64,000 bases of DNA from Candidatus Woesearchaeota archaeon (GCA_964576755.1 CAZNUV010000001.1:40883-104882), one strand, 5' to 3'; shown: positions 47,691-57,664, numbered from the stretch's first letter. Program-made: numbers and translations. Notes: generated from the letters alone by a model not told the origin.

Positions 47691-48784
47691 AATCTCAGTT
47701 AATCATTTGTATTGATGGTATGGGAAAAGACTTAATTTCAAAGGAAAATACACCTTTCTTATATGATTTTGGAAAGAAAAATTGTTCTTTAGAATTAAAG
47801 ACATTATTTGCTTTTACTGGATTAGAATATTGCTTTTTTACTGGAGAAAATCCTGAAAAGTCTAAAATTTGGTTAGAATTTATTAAATCTGATAGATCTA
47901 TTTTTAATAATTCTGTCTTAAAATTCCTTTCGTTCAACAAAAAAATAAGAACTTATTTTGGAGCTTTAATACAACTAATAAATGGCCGTACTTTTATTTC
48001 TGGATTACACAATATTCCAAAAAATAAATTAAAATATTTTGATTCTTCTATCAAACAAGGTCTATGGAAATTAGATTTTTTTAAAAATAAAAAATTCTGT
48101 TTCTATAAATGGCCTTTTTTTGTAACTGAAAACAAGAAAAAAATGATTTTGAAATATGAATCAGATGGGGGTCGGTTAAAAAGATTGCTAAATGCTAATA
48201 AAAAGGAAATTTATTATACCCAACTAATGGAAATTGATAAGACAATACATAAATATGGGAAAAAACATAAAAAAACAAAAGAAGTTTTGAAAAAGATAGA
48301 TTCTCTTATTGAAATCTATGCTCAGGATTACTTAAATAAAAATAAATCTGGAGAGATATTTATCTGGTCAGACCATGGTTTTGCAGATGTTAAAAATTAT
48401 ATAAATCTCTTTAAGTTTTTGCCGAATAGAAAGGACTATACCTATTTTATTGCTGGAACAACAGTTCATTTTTGGTATAAAAATAAAGAAATTAAAAAAG
48501 AAATACTAAAAAGTCTAAAATCAGTTAAAAATTTAAATATTTTGGATAAAAATTCTGCAAAAAAGTACCATATTCCTTTAGATGAAAAATACGGAAATCT
48601 TATTTTTTATCTAACAAAAAATAATTATTTTTTCCCAAATTTCTATCAAATGAGGGATTTAGAGAGATTTAAGAGCATGCATGGATATCCTGACAATAAA
48701 GAACTTAATGGATTTTTAATAACAAACAAAAGGATAAAACAAAAGGCTTTAAAAATAGAAGATGTTATTGAAATTTTGCGATGA
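47687..48784 (+). CDS. Alkaline phosphatase superfamily protein (nucleotide pyrophosphatase/phosphodiesterase-like)
   Basis: ICIDG, D..IHKYG, WSDHG and MHGY metal motifs; ATGA overlap with the upstream gene. Confidence 0.8.
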   Translation: MKSQLIICIDGMGKDLISKENTPFLYDFGKKNCSLELKTLFAFTGLEYCFFTGENPEKSKIWLEFIKSDRSIFNNSVLKFLSFNKKIRTYFGALIQLINGRTFISGLHNIPKNKLKYFDSSIKQGLWKLDFFKNKKFCFYKWPFFVTENKKKMILKYESDGGRLKRLLNANKKEIYYTQLMEIDKTIHKYGKKHKKTKEVLKKIDSLIEIYAQDYLNKNKSGEIFIWSDHGFADVKNYINLFKFLPNRKDYTYFIAGTTVHFWYKNKEIKKEILKSLKSVKNLNILDKNSAKKYHIPLDEKYGNLIFYLTKNNYFFPNFYQMRDLERFKSMHGYPDNKELNGFLITNKRIKQKALKIEDVIEILR

Positions 48785-50259
48785 AACAACACAAAAAAAG
48801 ACCAGAAGTTTGTTTAATAAACCCCCCTTTAGATAAAAAGACTTCAAGCAAATTTCCCATGTCAGGGGTTCCATTAGGTATTGCATGTCTAGCCGCATAT
48901 CTAAGAGAGAAAAATATCCCTTCTCAAGTGATAGATGCCCCAATTATGGGATATAATATCCCTCAAACAGCAATAAATGCTATTAAAAGTGGGGCAAAGA
49001 TCATAGGTATAAGTTGTTTAACTGAGAATAGATATGCTGCACTAAAAACCTTAAAAGAAATTAAAAAAATAAGGCCTCAAATAATTACAATAATTGGAGG
49101 GTTACATGCTACTTTTTCTGATGAATCAATACTAAAAAATTATCCTTTTGTGGACATTGTTGTTAGGGGAGAGGGGGAAAAAACTCTCTATGAATTAGTA
49201 AAAGAATTTCAAAAGAAAAATCCTAATTTAAAAAAAATAGATGGGATTTCATATAAAGAAGACAAAAAAATTATTGTTAATCAACCAAGAGCTTTTATGA
49301 GTGAAATAGAAAGTCTTCCATATCCTGCATATGACTTATTCCCTATGAAAAGATACCCTCTTCCTCCAGATGTTAAGATAAAAATTAATCAAACTGCCCA
49401 AGTAACAACTTCAAGGGGATGTCCAATGGGTTGCAAATTTTGTGAAACAACACACGCTTGGGGGAAAAATATTAGAAGTACTTCTGCAAAAAAACTTTTT
49501 GAAATTATAGAACATTTGTATAAAACATATGGTATTGATTATATCCGGTTTGCTGATGATTTATTTACAATGAGACGAAGTAAGGTAATGGAATTCTGTG
49601 AATTGCTTATTGAAAGTAAACTCCCAATAAAATTTAGAATACAGGCGAGGGTGGATACAGTAGACTTGGAGGAATTAAATTTACTTAAAAAAGCCGGATG
49701 TGATCTAGTAGAATATGGTGCAGAATCTGGTTCAAATAAAGTTTTAGAAGCAGTTGGAAAAAATATTACTATTCAAAAAATAAAAAAGGCAGTGGATATT
49801 ACTAGGCAAGCAGGAATTGAAGTAAAATATTTCTTAATTGTAGGATCTTTAGAAGAAACTCCAAAAGAAACCTGGGAAACATTTGAACTAATAAAGAATA
49901 CTCGTCCTGATTGGATTGGAATAAATCCATTAACTATTTACCCTGGAACTGCAGTCTATGAAATTGCAACAAAACAAAATTTGGTTAATGAAGACATATG
50001 GCTAAAATATATTAATCCAAAAACAGGCAATTCTCCACTTTATAATAAAAATTATTCTGATAAAGAATTGATATTTCTTGCCCAATTAGGACATGTTTGG
50101 GGTTGTAGAAATTCTCCAAAAAGAGAAGAGTATCCGTTTATAGAAAAAGTTTTAGCAAAAATACTAAATGAAAAATTTGCAAAGATACTTGTGAAAAATA
50201 AACTAATAAGAAAAATAAGTGCAAATATTGCATGGGTATTTTCTGATCTTTTACAATGA
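48781..50259 (+). CDS. Cobalamin-binding radical SAM protein
   Basis: PLGIACLAAYL, GGLHAT, GEGE, SRGCPMGCKFC, GAESG, YPGT. Confidence 0.92.
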   Translation: MKQHKKRPEVCLINPPLDKKTSSKFPMSGVPLGIACLAAYLREKNIPSQVIDAPIMGYNIPQTAINAIKSGAKIIGISCLTENRYAALKTLKEIKKIRPQIITIIGGLHATFSDESILKNYPFVDIVVRGEGEKTLYELVKEFQKKNPNLKKIDGISYKEDKKIIVNQPRAFMSEIESLPYPAYDLFPMKRYPLPPDVKIKINQTAQVTTSRGCPMGCKFCETTHAWGKNIRSTSAKKLFEIIEHLYKTYGIDYIRFADDLFTMRRSKVMEFCELLIESKLPIKFRIQARVDTVDLEELNLLKKAGCDLVEYGAESGSNKVLEAVGKNITIQKIKKAVDITRQAGIEVKYFLIVGSLEETPKETWETFELIKNTRPDWIGINPLTIYPGTAVYEIATKQNLVNEDIWLKYINPKTGNSPLYNKNYSDKELIFLAQLGHVWGCRNSPKREEYPFIEKVLAKILNEKFAKILVKNKLIRKISANIAWVFSDLLQ

Positions 50260-51266
50260 GAATATTGGTAACTGGTGCAACAGGATTTATTGGAAGTCAT
50301 TTAGTTGAAAAACTAGCTAAAGAAGGCCATAAAATAAGAATACTTGTGAAAAAAAAGGAAGAGAATATTAGTCTTAGAAATGAAACTCTAAAGATACTCA
50401 AAGAATTAAATGTAGATATGCAAATAGGAGATTTGGAGGATAGATTATCTTTAGAGGGAATTACAAAAGACATAGATGTTGTTTTTCATTTAGGAGCTAT
50501 TGCAAGGCCAATGGCAATACCTAATAGAAGGTACTTTGAAGTAAATGAAAAAGGGACATTAAACTTATTAGAAGTCTGTAAAAATAAAAAAATAAAAAAA
50601 ATAGTTATTATGAGTAGTGTCTCTGCTGTAGGTCCTACTAAGGATGGTAATGCTGTAAATGAAAAAACAAGGTGTATGCCTGTGGATACTTATGGTTGGA
50701 GCAAATTAGCTCAAGAAAAAGTTGCTGAAAAATATTTTAAAGAATATAACATGCCTATTGTTTTATTAAGACCTCCAATGGTTTTTGGACCAAGAGATAT
50801 GGAGATGCTAAAATTATTTAAGGCTGTTGATAAAAGATTTTTTCCTATTCATTGTGATAAAAAAGTAATGGAATTTCTGTATGTTAAAAATTTAGTTAAC
50901 GCATGTATCCTAGCTATGGAAAATGGGAAAAACGGAGAAACATATCATATAACTAATGGAGAACATTATAGTATCAACGAGATAATTAGGGCTATGGAAA
51001 AGGCTAAAAAAAAGAGAGTGTTTCCAATAAAGTTTCCTAAGTGGAGTTTTGTTTTAGTGGGAGGATTTTTAGAAATTTTAGGTAATATTTTTAATTTTAG
51101 ACCCCCATTCAGACATGATACTATTAAATGGATGACTGAAAAATTCTGGTATAGTGATATGTCTAAAGCTAGAAGAGAATTAGATTATAATCCTAAGATT
51201 AGCTTAGAAGAAGGAATAAGGGAAACAGCTGAATATTATGAAAAAAGGGGGTTAATAAATAGATAA
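50256..51266 (+). CDS. NAD-dependent epimerase/dehydratase (extended SDR)
   Basis: TGATGFIG, YGWSK, VFGP. Confidence 0.92.
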   Translation: MRILVTGATGFIGSHLVEKLAKEGHKIRILVKKKEENISLRNETLKILKELNVDMQIGDLEDRLSLEGITKDIDVVFHLGAIARPMAIPNRRYFEVNEKGTLNLLEVCKNKKIKKIVIMSSVSAVGPTKDGNAVNEKTRCMPVDTYGWSKLAQEKVAEKYFKEYNMPIVLLRPPMVFGPRDMEMLKLFKAVDKRFFPIHCDKKVMEFLYVKNLVNACILAMENGKNGETYHITNGEHYSINEIIRAMEKAKKKRVFPIKFPKWSFVLVGGFLEILGNIFNFRPPFRHDTIKWMTEKFWYSDMSKARRELDYNPKISLEEGIRETAEYYEKRGLINR

Positions 51267-51284
51267 TAGGGAATTATTTTTAAA

Positions 51285-52688
51285 ATGATAGACATATTAT
51301 TAATTAATCCTTCCAGTATTGCTGTCCAAAACAATCCTATCCCTTTTGGGTTAACTTATATGGCAAGTTATTTAGAAGAAAATGGTTTTTCAGTAAGAAT
51401 CCTTGATCTTTCAGTTCATAAAATGAATGAAAAACAAGTAATGAATTACATAAAAAAAGTAAATCCAAAAAATGTTGGGATATCTTGTATGTCTGTACAT
51501 ATTAATTTTGTAAAAAACATTTCTAAAAAAATAAAAGAAGATTTTAAAGGAATTAGAATAATTGTTGGGGGGATACACCCCACTGCTCTTCCAGAAAAAA
51601 GTTTGAAAGAAATGGAAAATGTAGATGTTTTTGTTTTAGGGGAAGGAGAAGAAACTATTCTAGATTTAATGAAAAATAAAAAACTAGAAAAAATTAATGG
51701 AATAGCTTATATTAAGAAATGTAAATTAAAAATAAATAGTATTAGGGGGTTTATAGAAGACCTTGATAAATTACCATTTCCTGCAAGACATTTACTCCCC
51801 GATATTAAAAATTATAGCCTTGGGTTTGATTGGGAAGGAAGAAAACCAGATGCGACAATATTTAGTAGCAGAGGATGTCCATTCAATTGTATTTATTGTG
51901 CAAGTAAAGTTATGTGGAATCAAAGAGTAAGATTTAGATCTGCTGAAAATGTCTTAAAAGAGATAGACTTTTTAGTTAAAAAATATAAAATAAAAGAAGT
52001 TTTGTTTTATGATGATCATTTTCTGCTCAATAAAAAAAGATTGGGAGATATCTGCAAGGGATTAATAAAAAGAAATTATGATTTAACCTGGTGTTGTTTA
52101 TCTCGAGTTGATAGTATTGATTTTAAGACACTAAAACTAATGAAACAATCTGGATGCCATATGATTAGTTTTGGTGTTGAAAGCGGAAGCCAAAGAATCC
52201 TAGAAAATTTGGGGAAAAACGTAAAAGTTGAAACTATCACAAAAGCTTTTGATATTTGTAAAAAAGTTGGTATAAATACAAAAGCCTCTTTTATTTTTGG
52301 CTCTCCTGGAGAAGATTTTGAAAGTATAAAAGAAACACAAAACCTAATTAAAAGAATACTCCCTGATTATGTTTGGTTATTTATAATGACTCCCATGCCT
52401 GGGACTAAATTGTATAAATTGCATGAAGAAACAGGTATTGCTTCAGATGATTGGGGAATGTATGACCAAACAACATATGATAAGTTTTATGGGACTAATC
52501 TTAAATATAGAGACCTAAGAAAGGCTGTTGCAGAAACCTATAAATCATATTATTTAAGTTTAAACTATTTAATATCTCAAATAAAAAAATTGAGTTTTAG
52601 AAAAATAAAGGTATATTTTAGTTTATTAAGAAGAGTAGTTTATGTTATGAACTATATCAATGTTGGAAGGGTAAAGAAAAAGGCATGA
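51285..52688 (+). CDS. Cobalamin-binding radical SAM protein
   Basis: PFGLTYMASYL, GGIHPT, GEGE, SRGCPFNCIYC, GVESG, PMPGT. Confidence 0.92.
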   Translation: MIDILLINPSSIAVQNNPIPFGLTYMASYLEENGFSVRILDLSVHKMNEKQVMNYIKKVNPKNVGISCMSVHINFVKNISKKIKEDFKGIRIIVGGIHPTALPEKSLKEMENVDVFVLGEGEETILDLMKNKKLEKINGIAYIKKCKLKINSIRGFIEDLDKLPFPARHLLPDIKNYSLGFDWEGRKPDATIFSSRGCPFNCIYCASKVMWNQRVRFRSAENVLKEIDFLVKKYKIKEVLFYDDHFLLNKKRLGDICKGLIKRNYDLTWCCLSRVDSIDFKTLKLMKQSGCHMISFGVESGSQRILENLGKNVKVETITKAFDICKKVGINTKASFIFGSPGEDFESIKETQNLIKRILPDYVWLFIMTPMPGTKLYKLHEETGIASDDWGMYDQTTYDKFYGTNLKYRDLRKAVAETYKSYYLSLNYLISQIKKLSFRKIKVYFSLLRRVVYVMNYINVGRVKKKA

Positions 52689-52708
52689 ATTTATAGAGTT
52701 TTTAAGGA

Positions 52709-54319
52709 TTAAACAGTGTTTATTAAAGAATAATTAAGATTATTCCTAGAAGAATAGTCAAATTTATAAATAACTATCAATGGTTGTTGATTTTCTGGAT
52801 AAGCTTTTACAGGAATAATCCAGTCTTTGTTGTCTTCAATATACCCATTCACCCATTCTGGGTGGGGCTGAAATCCAGAGATAATTAAAAAAACAGGCCT
52901 ATCTCTTTCAACAAACTCTTCAAATTGAGTTTTGTTTCTCGGAGTACCCATTTCTGGATCTCCCTCTGTTTCAAAAGTAGAAATAGGTCTTTCAGAATAA
53001 TATGAAATTTGAGGAAAAGAAGTAGTGACTATATAATCTCCCTGATTTGAATTTGCTTTTACCCACAACCCTGCTTGTTTAACCTCTAAATAAGAAGTAC
53101 TCTTATTCTCAATAAGGCTTTTTGCCCATAAAATATTGGGGATAAGTGATAGAACTAATAATAACAATACTAAAAAAAGAACAATATTCTTGTTCTGTTT
53201 TTTAAAAAAATCTTCGATTTTTTCAAAGGTAGTTGCAACCATTAAAAACAAAAATGGTAAAAGGGCCATTACATATCTCTGCTCTACATATTGAGTTATC
53301 TTCCCAAGGATAACATAAGGAATAACTATCATTAAGAAAACAAATAATTTTTTTTGTACTTCTTTATCTTTAAATATTTTATCCAATCCTAAAAATAAAT
53401 CTAAAAAGAATATAAACGCCCCAATTAAAAAAATAACAAAAACTATTTTTGTTAATAAATAAGGTAAATCTAAAAAATAATTAAAGAATGAGATAAAAGA
53501 AGTTTTTGCAGCAGCTGCAGTAACTGTTGGGTCTGATCCAATTCCAAAATAGTGCCCTAAAATATCTATTAAGAAAAATGTTTTATATTTAATACTATAA
53601 AGAACCATATGGGGAATCAATACACAAACAAACAAGAGTAAAGATATCCATAAACTTTTATTTTTTATAAAACTAAATTTTTCTTTTGCTAAAATAAACA
53701 AAAATAAGGGCAGTGTAAACATTAGATACTGGAATCTAGTCAATACAGCTAATCCTAAAAATAAAGCAAATAGGTAGGTAAATTTATTTCCTTGTTTTAA
53801 AACATAACCTTTCCAAAAAAAGAGGAGGGCTGTAAGAAGGAAAAAAGATGCAGGAATAGATGTCATTGGCCGGCCTGTAAAAAATAAAAAAACCCAAGAA
53901 AAAGTTAATCCGATAGAAGTTAATAATGCAAGTTTTTTATTAAACATATTTTTTATTAAAAAATAAGAAACAAATACAATTCCTGTAGAGAATATTACTT
54001 CTAAAAATCTTATTCCCCCTTCTCCAAGGTTTAGCTTAAAGATTATTGCAGGGATTAAGGCCCATAAAAAAGCTCTTCTATAATACCAAATATCATTCAT
54101 ACCTAATCCAAATGCCCATCTTTTTGCAGTTGATAAATAAGTAGCAGTATCCCACCAAATTGCCTGATCGCGAGTTTGTAAAAATATCCAAAATCTTATT
54201 GCAAAGGCGAGAATAAGAATAACTAAGAATATTTTATCATAGTTATCTTCAATCCAACCGAATAAAAAATTGTTTAATTTATTCTTTCTATTTTCTATAT
54301 CCTCTTTAGTATTACTCAT
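52709..54319 (-). CDS. GT-C membrane glycosyltransferase (ArnT/PMT-like)
   Basis: WWD in the first external loop, more than 10 TM helices, EQRY, C-terminal soluble domain. Confidence 0.82.
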   Translation of the reverse strand: MSNTKEDIENRKNKLNNFLFGWIEDNYDKIFLVILILAFAIRFWIFLQTRDQAIWWDTATYLSTAKRWAFGLGMNDIWYYRRAFLWALIPAIIFKLNLGEGGIRFLEVIFSTGIVFVSYFLIKNMFNKKLALLTSIGLTFSWVFLFFTGRPMTSIPASFFLLTALLFFWKGYVLKQGNKFTYLFALFLGLAVLTRFQYLMFTLPLFLFILAKEKFSFIKNKSLWISLLLFVCVLIPHMVLYSIKYKTFFLIDILGHYFGIGSDPTVTAAAAKTSFISFFNYFLDLPYLLTKIVFVIFLIGAFIFFLDLFLGLDKIFKDKEVQKKLFVFLMIVIPYVILGKITQYVEQRYVMALLPFLFLMVATTFEKIEDFFKKQNKNIVLFLVLLLLVLSLIPNILWAKSLIENKSTSYLEVKQAGLWVKANSNQGDYIVTTSFPQISYYSERPISTFETEGDPEMGTPRNKTQFEEFVERDRPVFLIISGFQPHPEWVNGYIEDNKDWIIPVKAYPENQQPLIVIYKFDYSSRNNLNYSLINTV

Positions 54320-55316
54320 TTTTATATAAATTATCTAATGCTTTTAAAACTTCTTCTACAGAAACACTTTTGATTAACTCCTCATTATATTGGTCCATTT
54401 TATTTGGGAAAAATTCTCCTTGTTTTGGAGATACTATTTTTGTTAATAACCCCTCATAGTCTTCAACCTCATCCGGAGAGGTACAAAAAAACAATCCAAT
54501 AGTTGGTTTTTTTAATCCTAAGGCAATATGTAATGCCAAACTATCTGAACATACCATGGCTTTACAATTATTGACTAATGAAGCAAACTCTAAGAGACTA
54601 TTATTAGGATTATTTTTGTGAATGTTTAATCCCTTGTTTTTTAATTCATTAAATATATCTTCTTGTTCTTTTGGTTCATTAGGGCCTCCAAAAAGTAATA
54701 TTTCTTTTCCTTTTTCAGATAATTTTTTTATAAATTCTTTTAAATTATCTAAATGCCATTTTTTAGAAGGCCATCTAGAAGAAGCACCTAAATGAATTCC
54801 AATTAGATTTTCAGGATTTATATTGTTGTGTTTTATAAATTCATTAGCATATTTTTTGTGTTTTTCCCCTAATTCGATTGAATGGTGTTGTTTTTTATAA
54901 GGTAATTCTGCTGTTTCAAACATCATCTGTTGATAAGTTTTTCTATTAGATTTTTTAATTTCATCATCAAATAAGGTATTAAGATAGTATTCGGCAGGCA
55001 GATTAAATGCTACTGGGAAATTATCTTCAGAATAGAATCCATATTTCTCTTTAGCAATTATTTTTTCTGCCAAGGTTGTAGCTTCTTTATCAATATCAAA
55101 ATTATACAAAATATCAAATTCTTCTACAGGCTCATAAGGGAGAGTAAAAACCTTGTCTACATATTGGCTTTGATTAACAATCTCTAAACTATTATCTTTA
55201 GTAATCCAAGTTATTTCTGAATCAGGGTATTTCTCTTTAATCCCTAATAAAAGAGATAATGTTCTGACTACATCTCCTAATGCGCCTAGTTTAATTATAA
55301 CAATCTTTTTTCTCAT
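54312..55316 (-). CDS. Glycosyltransferase family 9 (heptosyltransferase-like)
   Basis: IKLGALGDVV, GASSRWPSKKW, DSLALHIA. Confidence 0.88.
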   Translation of the reverse strand: MRKKIVIIKLGALGDVVRTLSLLLGIKEKYPDSEITWITKDNSLEIVNQSQYVDKVFTLPYEPVEEFDILYNFDIDKEATTLAEKIIAKEKYGFYSEDNFPVAFNLPAEYYLNTLFDDEIKKSNRKTYQQMMFETAELPYKKQHHSIELGEKHKKYANEFIKHNNINPENLIGIHLGASSRWPSKKWHLDNLKEFIKKLSEKGKEILLFGGPNEPKEQEDIFNELKNKGLNIHKNNPNNSLLEFASLVNNCKAMVCSDSLALHIALGLKKPTIGLFFCTSPDEVEDYEGLLTKIVSPKQGEFFPNKMDQYNEELIKSVSVEEVLKALDNLYKNE

Positions 55317-55377
55317 TTTTTAAATTTAAACCCCTAGGTATAGTAAACTTTATAATTTGGAAGAATATATAAGGTTT

Positions 55378-55791
55378 ATGAAAGCATATATTGCCGGACC
55401 GCTATGTACTGAAAAAGATAGGAAATTTGTTGAAAAGATGTCTAGATTATGTGAATCTCTTAGGATTAAAACTTTTCTTCCACATAGAGACTGTGGATTA
55501 TGGAAAAACATTAAAGATACAAAAAGGATTGCAGAAGGAGATCTTAATGGGTTTAAAGACTGTAACCTGGTTGTTGCTAGTTTGAACGGATTTGGAGTGG
55601 GTACAGGAACTGCATGGGAAATGGGATATGCTTATTCTAAAAAACTTCCAATTATTGCTATAAAAACTGATAGAAAAATAGAAAAATCAATAGAGGAAAT
55701 AAGTGCAATTATCATGGGTACAACAAAGATTGTTTCAAATTTTAAAGATTTAGAAAGAGAAATTAAAAAGATAATAAAAAATAAGAACTAA
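55378..55791 (+). CDS. Nucleoside 2-deoxyribosyltransferase family protein
   Basis: AYIAGPL, FLPHRD, GTAWEMGYA (catalytic Glu); TATA box 21 nt before ATG 55378. Confidence 0.85.
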   Translation: MKAYIAGPLCTEKDRKFVEKMSRLCESLRIKTFLPHRDCGLWKNIKDTKRIAEGDLNGFKDCNLVVASLNGFGVGTGTAWEMGYAYSKKLPIIAIKTDRKIEKSIEEISAIIMGTTKIVSNFKDLEREIKKIIKNKN

Positions 55792-56690
55792 TCTAGGGGT
55801 TTTGTTGATTTAATCTCTATTTCTCTCCAACCATCATTATATTTAGACTTTTGTCGTATTTTTCTAAAAGCATGAAGATAAATATAAGATCTTGCCAAGA
55901 ATAATTCTAAAGTCCACCAAAATTCTTTGAAATTTTTTGGATATTTTAAAGAAAATATTGCTCCAAATTTTAGTTCATTAAAAAAAGATTTTGTTCTAGG
56001 CATATTAGGAGCTATTTTATTTAGGTTCTCATGAGCAAGGATGTTTCTAATCTTCTGATTAGTCCAATCTTTCCAATTATTAGGGTTTTTAACATAAACT
56101 TCTGCTTTTGGAACATAACCAATTTTATATCCTTTTTCCCAAAATAAAAAGGGGATAATACTATCTTCAGAAGTTTCTAAAGGAAAATCAAAAATTACTC
56201 CCTTTCTTATAGCAAATAAATAACCAGAACATTCAAAAAACTTTTTCTGTAAGGCTAGTTTTTTCCTTACATTATCAATCCCTGCAAAGAGTAAATGAGA
56301 CCAGTATCCATATTTTGTTGTTTTGCTATCTATAGAAACTGGTTTTCCTGTAATACATCCAATTTTTTTGTTCTCAAAAGCATACAATATCTCAAAAACA
56401 GTATTCTCAGAAACATAAACATCTCCATCAGTTAAAATAAATATATCTTCCTTATCTTTTGAAGAATATTCTTGGAATAAAAGGTTTAGGGCATAAGATT
56501 TTCCCTCACCAGGATCTAAAAAAAAACAGAATCTCTTATCTTTTATTTTTGATTTTAAAAATTTCTCTACTTCAGGAAAGGGATCTACAACAGTGACCCT
56601 AATCTTTTTACTTTTATTCATTAAGAAAACTTCTGCTGCCCGAAGTGTAGCTTTAGGCTCATTATAAGAAGTAATTATTATGTCTATCAT
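55788..56690 (-). CDS. Glycosyltransferase family 2
   Basis: IITSYNE, LTDGD, SED and a Q-x-x-R (QKIRN) motif. Confidence 0.85.
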   Translation of the reverse strand: MIDIIITSYNEPKATLRAAEVFLMNKSKKIRVTVVDPFPEVEKFLKSKIKDKRFCFFLDPGEGKSYALNLLFQEYSSKDKEDIFILTDGDVYVSENTVFEILYAFENKKIGCITGKPVSIDSKTTKYGYWSHLLFAGIDNVRKKLALQKKFFECSGYLFAIRKGVIFDFPLETSEDSIIPFLFWEKGYKIGYVPKAEVYVKNPNNWKDWTNQKIRNILAHENLNKIAPNMPRTKSFFNELKFGAIFSLKYPKNFKEFWWTLELFLARSYIYLHAFRKIRQKSKYNDGWREIEIKSTKPLD

Positions 56691-56703
56691 GTTTTATAAC
56701 CTT

Positions 56704-56898
56704 TTAAGAACAGTTGAATGGATAATCTGCAGGACGAATAAGAACCACTTTCTGTCTGTCTTTTTTAATGGCTTCTATTCTACATTTTCTTGTTCCTTGC
56801 TTACCAATGTCTGAAATCTCTATATTTTCAATTTTTAATTCTTCACCACCAATTAGGACTATATCTCCTTTAACTAGCTCTTTTGCTTTTTTCTTCAT
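56704..56898 (-). CDS. Stand-alone aIF5A N-terminal (hypusine) domain paralogue
   Basis: ISDIGKQGTRKCRIEA aligns without gaps to aIF5A ISKTGKHGHAKCRFEA; TATA box 21 nt upstream. Confidence 0.8.
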   Translation of the reverse strand: MKKKAKELVKGDIVLIGGEELKIENIEISDIGKQGTRKCRIEAIKKDRQKVVLIRPADYPFNCS

Positions 56899-56951
56899 AT
56901 TGGTAAGATAAGGTTTAAGCTTATAAAGTTTATTGGTATGTATTTATATAA

Positions 56952-57659
56952 ATGGAAAAGAAACATGCTATAATCTGTTGTTCAGGAGGCCTTGATAGTG
57001 TAATAACTGCACATTATGTTAAAAATCAGTTAAAATATTCTGATTTAATAATCTTGTTTTTTAATTATGGGCAAAAGTCAATTAAGCAAGAGATAAAACT
57101 ATCCAAAACATGTGCAAGAGATTTAAATGCTAAATTTGTTGAAATTAATTTAAAATGGTTAAGTCAAATTTCTAATTCCCTGATAAATAAAAAAGGTAAA
57201 GGTAAAAAACTCACAAAAAAGGATTTGAAAGACACAAAGAAAGAAAGTGAGAAATTTTATGTCCCTTGTAGAAATACTGTCTTTTTAGTAAATGCCCTTG
57301 CATTAGCAGAATCTATTTTTATAGAATCTAAAAAAATTAATGATATCTTTGTAGGATTTAAGTGTGAAGGTAGAGAGAGCTACCCAGATACAACACAGAA
57401 ATTTATTGATGCAATGAATAACCTTGGAAAAGTTGGATGTTCTACAAAATTTCAAATAAAGGCACCTCTAATTAAAAAAGATAAAGAAGATATAGTTAAA
57501 CTTGGAAAAAAGCTAGGTATTAATTTTAAGAAAACTTTTAGTTGTTATATTCCAAACAAGGGTAAACATTGTGGAGATTGTCTTGCTTGTAAATTAAGAC
57601 AACAAGGTTTTTATTGGGCAGGGATAAAAGACCCTACAGAATATTACTCAAAAAAATAA
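56952..57659 (+). CDS. queC: 7-cyano-7-deazaguanine synthase QueC
   Basis: SGGLDS, FNYGQ, YVPCRN, YPD, TFSCY...HCGDCLAC. Confidence 0.9.
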   Translation: MEKKHAIICCSGGLDSVITAHYVKNQLKYSDLIILFFNYGQKSIKQEIKLSKTCARDLNAKFVEINLKWLSQISNSLINKKGKGKKLTKKDLKDTKKESEKFYVPCRNTVFLVNALALAESIFIESKKINDIFVGFKCEGRESYPDTTQKFIDAMNNLGKVGCSTKFQIKAPLIKKDKEDIVKLGKKLGINFKKTFSCYIPNKGKHCGDCLACKLRQQGFYWAGIKDPTEYYSKK

Positions 57660-57664
57660 CAAAC

